Part shown: positions 1 to 7,562 of the stretch, piece after piece | Layout of the letters: every line of letters starts with the position of its first letter | Numbering within the stretch: the stretch's first letter is position 1 | Assembly: GCA_048886185.1 (NCBI GenBank) | Contig: JBHLKY010000005.1 | Coordinates: 1 to 32,000 of the forward strand | Length of the DNA: 32,000 bases | DNA from: Candidatus Hermodarchaeota archaeon | GTDB taxonomy: Archaea; Asgardarchaeota; Heimdallarchaeia; Hodarchaeales; Hodarchaeaceae | Reading direction: 5' to 3' | Translations under genes and position numbers: made by a program | Notes under the pieces: generated by a model | Told to the model about the DNA's origin: nothing | Databases searched by the model: none | The model's input: only the letters and a program-made list of their open reading frames with translations

Positions 1-1067
1 AATTCGGTTAATTCCTTTAAATCAGTAGTCTCTGCCATCTCAATTGGGCCAAAAGGATTATTAAATCCCTTTTTCATGGCAATGTCAATTTCTTTAGCAG
101 TAGTTAACCCTTCTTCCAGCACTTTTGCAGCTTCATTGATTTGAATCCGTAATAGATTCATTAGATCAAAATCAGCTGCTTTTTCACCAATCTCTGGTCT
201 TCCTACCTCTGGCCATTTATAAATCCCAGAACCTGTTTTTTTACCAAGATTTTTGTCTTTAAACAATTTTCCTAGGCTGGGGGGAGGTTTATAATCTTTG
301 TGAAGACGATCCCCGAAGTAATTTAAGAGATGATAGGATATATCTAGACCTGTAAAGTCAGCTAGTTCATATATACCCATTCTCATCCCCATATTCATAC
401 AAGCTCTGTCAACCTCTGCAGGGTCGTATTCATTGTTATCATACATGAGATACATCCATAACATTGTAGGTGCATTAATTCGATTTGCGATAAAACCTGG
501 GCTGTCTTTTTTGCATACAACTGGATCTTTAAGAGATTTTTTAGAAAAATCAACAAGAATTTTTATTGTTTCATCTGAAGTTTTAGCACCCTTGGTAATT
601 TCAATCAATTGCATCATGACTGGAGGATTGAAGTAATGCAATCCTGCTACTTTTTCTGGTCGTTTTGTAGCAGCTCCTATTTCATCAATACTCATACTAG
701 AAGTATTTGAAGCTAATATTGCGTGTTTTGGGGCAAACTTGTCTAAATTCCCGAAGATTTCTTTCTTTAGATCTAATATTTCTGGAGCAGCTTCGATGCA
801 AAGATCAGCATTTTCAACAGCTTCCTGTAGATTAATTGTTATTGTAAGATTATCTATAAACTTCTTGTAATCACTTTCAGAAATTCGTGCTTTTTCAACG
901 AATTTTTGAAGACTCCAGTCGATCCGGTTTTTTCCCTTTTCGACAAATTCATCGGCGATGTCATACATACTCACCGTGTATCCAGTCATAAGAGCAACTT
1001 CTGCGATGCCATGTCCCATGTCACCTGCTCCAATGACTGCTATGTGCTTTATATCGTCTATATTCAT
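1..1067 (-). CDS. 3-hydroxyacyl-CoA dehydrogenase, NAD-binding (partial; 3' end runs off the window start; may be a dehydrogenase/enoyl-CoA hydratase fusion)
   Basis: Not in the ORF track; translated by hand from ATG at 1067: MNIDDIKHIAVIGAGDMGHGIAE (Rossmann GxGxxG), EAAPEILDLKKEIF, LASNTSS, catalytic GLHYFNPP, KDSPGFIANR, then a second helical 3HCDH-like repeat (QINEAAKVLEEG...EIDIAMKKGFNNPFGP). AGGTGA RBS upstream. Open to the window edge. Confidence 0.95.
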   Translation of the reverse strand, partial: MNIDDIKHIAVIGAGDMGHGIAEVALMTGYTVSMYDIADEFVEKGKNRIDWSLQKFVEKARISESDYKKFIDNLTITINLQEAVENADLCIEAAPEILDLKKEIFGNLDKFAPKHAILASNTSSMSIDEIGAATKRPEKVAGLHYFNPPVMMQLIEITKGAKTSDETIKILVDFSKKSLKDPVVCKKDSPGFIANRINAPTMLWMYLMYDNNEYDPAEVDRACMNMGMRMGIYELADFTGLDISYHLLNYFGDRLHKDYKPPPSLGKLFKDKNLGKKTGSGIYKWPEVGRPEIGEKAADFDLMNLLRIQINEAAKVLEEGLTTAKEIDIAMKKGFNNPFGPIEMAETTDLKELTE

Positions 1068-1125
1068 TTTCTTCACCTTTAATCTATTAATACTTCATTT
1101 TATCGTTATCCATAAAAAGAGTAAT

Positions 1126-2316
1126 TTACTCACCTTTCTCAATAATAGTTGCTATTCCTTGGCCTCCTCCAATACAGGCATTGGCTAAACCGTATTGACC
1201 ATCTTCCCAGTTAAGAATTCGAGCTAAAGTACCAACAAGTCGTGTCCCTGTAGCACCAAGTGGATGACCAATAGCAACTGCACCCCCCTTTACATTTACT
1301 TTATTCCTGTCAATACCAAGTTCTTTAATGCAGTTCAAAGCAACAATTGCAAATGCCTCATTAATTTCCCAGTAATCTATGTCTTTAACTTCTAATCCAG
1401 CTTTTTTCAGAGCTTTCTTACTTGCTGGTACAGGGCCATAACCCATAATTCCAGGATTAACAGCAGCCCATCCCATTGATTTTATCGTAGCCAGCGGATC
1501 AATACCATACTCGTTCGCCTTCTCTTTTGACATTAAAATCATTGCAGTAGCACCCGCATTTAATGGAGAGGAGTTACCAGGGGTAATTACTCCCTCAAAA
1601 TCAAAAGCTGGACTTAAGCTCGCCATTTTCTCCATTGTACTACCACGACGTACTGATGCATCATAATCATATATTTCTCCGTCAGACAATTCAATGGGCA
1701 TTATTTCATCTTTAAAGAATCCTTCATCCTGAGCTTTTGCAGCAAATTCATGCGATTCCAGACTGTATTGATCTAGATCTTCACGAGTTAATCCAAATTT
1801 TTTAGCTGCTTGTTTAAACAATTTTTCAGCTGTGAACCCCATTACAAACCCAGTACTAAAATCGTATTTCTCATATTTATCATCTGAAGCAAGAAACATA
1901 GGCGGATCCATATGGGGATTATTTGCCATTGGGACATGGGTCATGTGCTCTAATCCTGCAGAAACCACAATGTCTGAATTTCCTGTCATTATTTGCATAG
2001 CCCCAGTGTGGATTGTATTCATTGAAGAACCACATTGTCGGTCGATTGCTTGAGCTGTAACAGTTTCAGGTAGTTCAGCCATTGCCACAATGCCCCTACC
2101 ACCGTAAAGCCATTGTTCCGTAACCATTAATGCACACCCAACGAGAACATCACCTATTTCTTCTGGATTAATTCCCTTACGTTCGATCATAGTTTTAATG
2201 AGCCTTCCTGAGAGTACATCCATTCTGAAATCATTTAATTTGTCTGTTTCAGGAGCATTAGGGCGTGAACGCGAGAAAGGCGTTCGAAGATAATCTGCTA
2301 TTACAACTTCTTTCAT
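1126..2316 (-). CDS. Thiolase (acetyl-CoA C-acyltransferase)
   Basis: All three thiolase catalytic motifs: DRQCGSS, NEAFA, GHPLGATG, and C-terminal CIGGGQG. Lies directly upstream of the dehydrogenase on the same strand (58 bp gap). Confidence 0.96.
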   Translation of the reverse strand: MKEVVIADYLRTPFSRSRPNAPETDKLNDFRMDVLSGRLIKTMIERKGINPEEIGDVLVGCALMVTEQWLYGGRGIVAMAELPETVTAQAIDRQCGSSMNTIHTGAMQIMTGNSDIVVSAGLEHMTHVPMANNPHMDPPMFLASDDKYEKYDFSTGFVMGFTAEKLFKQAAKKFGLTREDLDQYSLESHEFAAKAQDEGFFKDEIMPIELSDGEIYDYDASVRRGSTMEKMASLSPAFDFEGVITPGNSSPLNAGATAMILMSKEKANEYGIDPLATIKSMGWAAVNPGIMGYGPVPASKKALKKAGLEVKDIDYWEINEAFAIVALNCIKELGIDRNKVNVKGGAVAIGHPLGATGTRLVGTLARILNWEDGQYGLANACIGGGQGIATIIEKGE

Positions 2317-2402
2317 TTTAAACTCTCCTAACTAGAATTTTTTTCTAAAAGTCCATTTGTGTGTTTCAAATAGAATAAATTGTTTTAAGAGGATAATCAT
2401 GC

Positions 2403-2438
2403 TTTACCCTCTTTATTTCTTGGTTTAAAGAGAATAAA
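2403..2438. promoter_or_regulatory. Imperfect inverted repeat upstream of the thiolase-dehydrogenase genes (candidate operator or hairpin)
   Basis: tttaccctcttta (2403-2415), 10-nt spacer, taaagagaataaa (2426-2438); 11 of 13 positions complementary. Confidence 0.3.
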
Positions 2439-2560
2439 TCGGATTATTAAAAATATTTGCGCTGTTAGAATTTAGAATGACTTTAATAGCATTATAATGT
2501 GATTATATGAATTTGTGGGTGTAGAAATAATTAAGAGAATAAAAAGAGTGTTAAAAGCTA

Positions 2561-2600
2561 TAATAAAATATAAAAAAAATAGAGAAAAAAGGAATAAAAA
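2561..2600 (-). terminator. T-rich tract downstream of the SCP2 gene (archaeal oligo-U terminator candidate)
   Basis: Several A5-A8 runs on + (T runs on -) beginning about 40 bp after the SCP2 stop codon. Confidence 0.4.
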
Positions 2601-2640
2601 GGTTGGGAAATGATTAGAATATCGAAAAAGCTGATTAGAA

Positions 2641-2985
2641 TTAACCCTGCAATTTTTTTATGACAGGGAGAAGCTTCATTGTTCCCATTACATCTCCCTC
2701 AATTTTATACTTCTTTGCAAAGAACGCTTTCTGAGCGTCTTCTTTTCCCGAAGAGATGTCTGCCCATATCTGTGTAGGTCCTATGAATGTAAAATTTGCT
2801 TTATCAGGTTCTCCTTCATGAAATACAGCAGAACCATCCTCTTTATGTTCAACCCAGAATGGTCCATCTTCACCTTCAAGCTTGTAACAAGCATTTTTTA
2901 CCCAATTTTTTAGCATTCCCTTTACTTCATCATTTGCGTTTATTGCATTTACAAATTCTTTTACTGCATCTTTTCCTGCGCCCAT
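2641..2985 (-). CDS. SCP2 sterol/lipid-binding domain protein (stand-alone)
   Basis: C-terminal SCP2 signature (WADISSGKEDAQKAFFAKKYKIEGDVMGTMKL, i.e. G..D...AF......EGD...AMKL). ATG at 2985 preferred; the ORF track starts at GTG 2994. Confidence 0.85.
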   Translation of the reverse strand: MGAGKDAVKEFVNAINANDEVKGMLKNWVKNACYKLEGEDGPFWVEHKEDGSAVFHEGEPDKANFTFIGPTQIWADISSGKEDAQKAFFAKKYKIEGDVMGTMKLLPVIKKLQG

Positions 2986-3163
2986 ACTTATCACATCACT
3001 CTTTTTTTAGTTTATGTATTCTTGGTAAGATAAGAATAACTGGTTAGCTTTATGATTGTAGCTTCAATCCAATTTCTTATACTAAATGTTCTTCAAAGCG
3101 TCTTATTTAAGAAAATTGTGCTTATATTAGAATTACAATATAACCTGCTTTGATTTAAGTCTT

Positions 3164-3838
3164 TCATCTTTGAAATATCGTCAGAAGCTCTTTAAAATGA
3201 GAAATCTGAATATTGGCTTTCTTCACTTCTTTTTGTCCAAATCCATACTCACAGCCAATCGCTAGTCCTCCATTATTTTTCGCGGCCTCAATATCATGAG
3301 ATCGATCTCCCACTACCGCAAAGTGTTTTGATTCTAGTGTTTCAAGTATTTTTCTCACCATCCAAGTCTTATTTTTACCTGGGTGTTGGCCAGCTGCAAT
3401 CATCAAATCAAAATACTTATTTAAGCTAAAACGTTCAATTGCAGCTTCAAAATAATCAATTCTAGCATTGGTACACAATGCTAACTTAAATCCACGTTTC
3501 CTTAAATTGATTAAAGTTCTTTCTACATCGTGATAGAGTTCCCCTTTTCCTTCTTTGAAAGCTTTAACTTCGGCTTCCTCGACACATTTTTCGAATGTTT
3601 TGATGATTTTTGGCTCCGTAGTCTTTAAGAGTGATGGATAGATGTCATCAGCCTGTTTTCCGAACTGTGAAAGAATTGTATCATTTGAAGGAAACTTTTG
3701 TGCCATTTTAAATTCATTATACAAAGCATGAAGACATTTATGAAATATAGGAAGACTTAATGTCTCTCCATTATGTAAAGTGCCATCAAAATCGAAGATT
3801 ATAGTATCTATCTTAAATAATTCGGTTTGAGAAACCAC
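3164..3838 (-). CDS. HAD-family hydrolase (phosphoglycolate phosphatase-like, subfamily IA)
   Basis: Motif I IIFDFDGTL, motif II CTN, motif III K, motif IV VGDRSHDIEAAKNNG. Confidence 0.9.
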   Translation of the reverse strand: MVSQTELFKIDTIIFDFDGTLHNGETLSLPIFHKCLHALYNEFKMAQKFPSNDTILSQFGKQADDIYPSLLKTTEPKIIKTFEKCVEEAEVKAFKEGKGELYHDVERTLINLRKRGFKLALCTNARIDYFEAAIERFSLNKYFDLMIAAGQHPGKNKTWMVRKILETLESKHFAVVGDRSHDIEAAKNNGGLAIGCEYGFGQKEVKKANIQISHFKELLTIFQR

Positions 3839-3918
3839 TCAAGAGGTCTCCTAAGATATTTGGATATATATAGGATATTAAATTAGCTTTTTATTTTTCC
3901 TGTAATCATCTCGTACGC

Positions 3919-4746
3919 TTATCTTTTTAATTCTTGAACAATTTCTAGAGAAGTAATTAGAACATGATATCCATAATAAATCACTTCCCGAAAAGTTTGA
4001 GGATCTTGATACTCAGCTAGAAATGCTTTCCATCCAGCGAGGTAATATTGTTTATAATGATTAGTAAGTTCAACATATCCTTGGTTTTCCAATTCATTTA
4101 TTAATTTAGTACGATTCCAACTCCAAATCTCATCAGGAGAGGTATCTAACACCTGTGTGAGAATTCGAATCGGTGTGGGAGAAACTTGCCAGTTGATTCT
4201 TCGGATTAAAACCCAATAATCAATACCAGTTCGATCAATAAGATTAATTGGGATCCTTTCAACTGTATCATGTAATTCTAATAATTTTTTGAAATCAATT
4301 TCACGAATTATATGAGGTTTTGGAATGGATGGAAATACTGGATCTCCATAAACGATTTTCACATCATTACTTCTGGGAGGAATGTAATCTAATGATTTTA
4401 ATAAGTGATTGATGATTACTAATTGAGTACGAGGTAAATGAAGGGTATTCGGAAATTTTTTTGTAAAAATACGTTCATATTTTTCTGATATTTCAAGTGA
4501 TTTTTTGAATGCATTCAAACCATTGCAAAATAAGCTCTTATTCTTTTTTAACATTATATGGATGTCAATGTCACTGAGGATAGGAACATAATCAAATGGT
4601 GACTGCCATGGCTTTACTGCAGAACCCTTAGCATATATATAATCAATCTTATCACTGAATTCATTTATTAGGAGACTTTTCCACACTTCAAGACTATGTT
4701 CAATATCTTCCCTAGCTAATTGTAAATAATCGTCATAATTTTCCAT
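3919..4746 (-). CDS. Pol-beta superfamily nucleotidyltransferase-like protein
   Basis: YIYAKGSAVK...ILSDIDIHI gives the GS + DxD signature, followed by a helical C-terminal region. 275-aa ORF. Confidence 0.6.
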   Translation of the reverse strand: MENYDDYLQLAREDIEHSLEVWKSLLINEFSDKIDYIYAKGSAVKPWQSPFDYVPILSDIDIHIMLKKNKSLFCNGLNAFKKSLEISEKYERIFTKKFPNTLHLPRTQLVIINHLLKSLDYIPPRSNDVKIVYGDPVFPSIPKPHIIREIDFKKLLELHDTVERIPINLIDRTGIDYWVLIRRINWQVSPTPIRILTQVLDTSPDEIWSWNRTKLINELENQGYVELTNHYKQYYLAGWKAFLAEYQDPQTFREVIYYGYHVLITSLEIVQELKR

Positions 4747-4912
4747 TCAATCACATTCTTTTATTCTGAAAGAACTCTATCGTTATATTATTCATCGGTA
4801 CAACTGGTAACATGGCTTTTCCTAATTTTCCTGCTATAGTACTAGTCATTTTCTATACTAGAAAAGATTATTTAATTGATTAGAGCTTTTTCTCAGGGAA
4901 AGGTGTCATAGT

Positions 4913-5098
4913 GTGAAGGAAAAACAATCACCAGAAGAAAAACTGTATGACCTAGTTGCTCATTTTCTATATAGAGAGGGAACTTTGGACCAAGCCCGTA
5001 AGGAATTCTGTTTACAACTATTTTCAGATTGGTCAAAAGCAAATTTTGATATTGTATTGAGAGCACTAACTTCATCAGAATTAGAAAAGTTAAAATGA
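4913..5098 (+). CDS. Small hypothetical helical protein (61 aa)
   Basis: GTG start preceded by AAGGTG; amphipathic helical composition; fills an otherwise empty gap. Confidence 0.5.
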   Translation: MKEKQSPEEKLYDLVAHFLYREGTLDQARKEFCLQLFSDWSKANFDIVLRALTSSELEKLK

Positions 5099-5125
5099 CG
5101 GGAACAACTATTTAATTTCCAGTTA

Positions 5126-5359
5126 TTATGAATCTTTTATCTTAACTTCATATAGTATTGTGGTAATTATGAATAGTACACCTAGGAAAATAGAGATTAT
5201 CAAGAATATAGGAGCTTCATCTCGGAATGGATAATTAATTACTGGTAGCATACCATAGGAGGATTCTCGATAGTTATAAAATAAAACAGCACCTAGGAAG
5301 AAAATTATACAACTAATTCCTGATCCAACTTGAATTGATCTTATCAATTCTTTCATCAT
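5126..5359 (-). CDS. Small two-TM membrane protein
   Basis: Two hydrophobic segments (GISCIIFFLGAVLFY; IFLIISIFLGVLFIITTIL). Start moved to ATG 5359 (MMKELIR) because the ORF-track start at 5473 would leave only 11 bp before the divergent MTase. Confidence 0.6.
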   Translation of the reverse strand: MMKELIRSIQVGSGISCIIFFLGAVLFYNYRESSYGMLPVINYPFRDEAPIFLIISIFLGVLFIITTILYEVKIKDS

Positions 5360-5484
5360 AACCAATGAAACTAAGGATTTATGAAATAATAGGCCTTTTG
5401 GTGTATGGAAATTAAGTTCGTTGTGTTTTATAGCACACATTTTCTTTTCAATGATATTAATTAGATCTATCAAAGAGGATTAAA

Positions 5485-6408
5485 ATGGCGAAAAGAAACA
5501 AGAGAAGGAGGACAAAGACTAGTAGTTTTGGTACCTCAGGCAGAGAGAGTCATGATTCGTCACCATTTTATGATAGTAGACTTTATGAGCGGCTCCCTAT
5601 GGAGAAAACTATCGAATATATTGAAAATCCAATTCCTTTGGAATATTGCAATAAAATATTTCATAGTAGTTCTGAATTAATGGAGGAACTTCCTGATACA
5701 AGTGTCCATTTGATGATCACATCACCTCCTTATAACGTTGGAAAGGAGTATGACAATAATTATACCTTGGTAGAATATTTGGAGCTATTAAAGCGAGTAT
5801 TCATTGAAGTAAAGCGAGTATTAGTACCTGGGGGTCGTGCTTGTATTAATATTGCGAACTTAGGACGAAAACCATATATTCCTTTACATTCGTTCTTAAT
5901 AGACATAATGTTTGAGTTGGAATTTTTAATGAGAGGAGAGATTATTTGGGATAAATCGGCTAGTGCTGGAGCATCCACAGCATGGGGAAGTTGGATGTCC
6001 CCCACTAACCCATCGTTAAGAGATGTCCATGAATATATTTTGGTTTTTTCAAAGGATACTTATAATAGAGAGAAATCTAATAGGAAGAGTACAATTACTA
6101 GGGATGAATTTTTAGAATTAACAAAGAGTATATGGAAATTTCCAACCGAATCAGCCAAAAGGATTGGGCATCCGGCCCCCTTTCCTATTGAATTGCCATA
6201 TAGGCTGATTCAGCTATATACACATAACAATGAAATTATTCTTGATCCTTTTATTGGTAGTGGTCAGACAGCTATCGCTGCCATTAAAGCAGATCGTCAG
6301 TATATTGGTTATGAGGTAGAAAAAGAATATGTCGAATTAGCCGAGAATAGAATCGCTGAATTCATAAAATCCTTCAACGCGCCTAAATTAACAGACTATC
6401 TCGAATAA
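5485..6408 (+). CDS. Site-specific DNA methyltransferase, beta class (N4-cytosine/N6-adenine)
   Basis: Catalytic motif IV ITSPPY precedes SAM-binding motif I ILDPFIGSGQT (beta order); also HPAPFP and IIWDK. SPPY leans toward m4C. Confidence 0.93.
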   Translation: MAKRNKRRRTKTSSFGTSGRESHDSSPFYDSRLYERLPMEKTIEYIENPIPLEYCNKIFHSSSELMEELPDTSVHLMITSPPYNVGKEYDNNYTLVEYLELLKRVFIEVKRVLVPGGRACINIANLGRKPYIPLHSFLIDIMFELEFLMRGEIIWDKSASAGASTAWGSWMSPTNPSLRDVHEYILVFSKDTYNREKSNRKSTITRDEFLELTKSIWKFPTESAKRIGHPAPFPIELPYRLIQLYTHNNEIILDPFIGSGQTAIAAIKADRQYIGYEVEKEYVELAENRIAEFIKSFNAPKLTDYLE

Positions 6409-6442
6409 TTCTTGAACCATAAAGTTGCTCTAATGGTAGATC

Positions 6443-7525
6443 GTGAAAGAAATGTTTGTCAATCTAGAGAAGTTTTGTACATCTCTGAAATTTGAACTTA
6501 ATTCCAATGATCTTTCTGTGGCACTAGCTGCTGATAATGATCTAGATGGATTATTTAGCGCAGTAAAACTTGATATGGGGATCTATGAGCTCTTCGGAAC
6601 TGAAGTTGAGACGTATTTTAGAAGTGATCTTTACTGGGACATACCTCTTGATAAAGAATTTGATTTATTAATCATGATGGATTTGGCTTATGATAATACG
6701 CCAAACTACAGAAATACTGCTTCAAAAGCTAAAAGAACTTTTGCAATCGATCATCATATAACAAATGAAAAAGGTTTTCCCCGACGAGTTACTGCATATA
6801 ATCCTTGTAGGAATGGTCAATGCTATCAACCAACCACATTCTTAGTTGATGAAATCTTGAAAAAATTAGGTCAAGATAAAAGTCCTTTAAATGAATATTT
6901 AAATCTACTAGGTATTTTAGCAGATGCAGGTATCAATTTTTGTGTTGATGCAGAGAAAAACATCCAATACTCTTTCGATCAAAGCTTAGAAGACATTTTT
7001 ATCACGAGTAAAAGGCAATTTACACCTTTATTTGAGAAAAATACATTTGATAATTTTGTTTACCCTCAATATAAAGAAACTTTGGAAGCCTTAAGCTTTG
7101 AATGTGGTGAATTGGGGTGGAAAGAGGTATATTTCCGATTTATTAATGAAGTAACAGATCTAACTACCGCTCAAGAGTTAGTGAGAAAAATAGAAAGGAA
7201 AAATAAGAATGTTTTTTTTGATGTCATCCAAAAAATTCCAAAAGAACCAACAGAACTTACGAAATCTGGTATTTGGTTGGTTAAGAATCTTACTTCAATA
7301 AGTAATGGAGTAATAGGGAGATTGATTGCAGAATTATTTGGAAAAGCTGTTGTAACCTATTCATGTGCAAAATTTTGTAGAGTATCAGCTAGAGCACCTG
7401 TTGATAGCACAATAAATTTTATACCAATATTTTCATCCTTTGGTGGTGGTCACCCTAAAGCGTGTGGAGCGTTTCTTACTCCAAAAAAGTTTCAAGAATT
7501 TCTTGAAATAGTTAGAGAAATTTAG
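6443..7525 (+). CDS. DHH family phosphoesterase with DHHA1 domain (RecJ/NrnA superfamily)
   Basis: ADNDLDG (motif I), MMDLA (II), AIDHH (III), GILAD (IV), VSAR and GGGHPKACG (DHHA1). Confidence 0.88.
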   Translation: MKEMFVNLEKFCTSLKFELNSNDLSVALAADNDLDGLFSAVKLDMGIYELFGTEVETYFRSDLYWDIPLDKEFDLLIMMDLAYDNTPNYRNTASKAKRTFAIDHHITNEKGFPRRVTAYNPCRNGQCYQPTTFLVDEILKKLGQDKSPLNEYLNLLGILADAGINFCVDAEKNIQYSFDQSLEDIFITSKRQFTPLFEKNTFDNFVYPQYKETLEALSFECGELGWKEVYFRFINEVTDLTTAQELVRKIERKNKNVFFDVIQKIPKEPTELTKSGIWLVKNLTSISNGVIGRLIAELFGKAVVTYSCAKFCRVSARAPVDSTINFIPIFSSFGGGHPKACGAFLTPKKFQEFLEIVREI

Positions 7526-7562
7526 ATTTTACTCACAAAAAGGACTTTAAGGGCATATTTGA

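Noticed and set aside
433-2053. + strand ORFs 433-636, 958-1188 and 1832-2053
   Set aside because: Antisense shadows of the dehydrogenase and thiolase genes; no motifs.
2796-3047. + strand Leu/His-rich ORF
   Set aside because: Antisense to SCP2; the composition is an artefact of the opposite strand.
4893-5075. - strand 60-aa ORF
   Set aside because: Overlaps the better-supported + ORF at 4913-5098; no RBS or protein-like pattern.
5485-5511. NLS-like KRNKRRR at the MTase N-terminus
   Set aside because: A basic patch is expected in a DNA-binding protein; there is no basis for a localisation signal in a prokaryote.
5485-6408. Complete type II restriction-modification system
   Set aside because: No recognisable endonuclease (PD-(D/E)xK, HNH or GIY-YIG) on either side.
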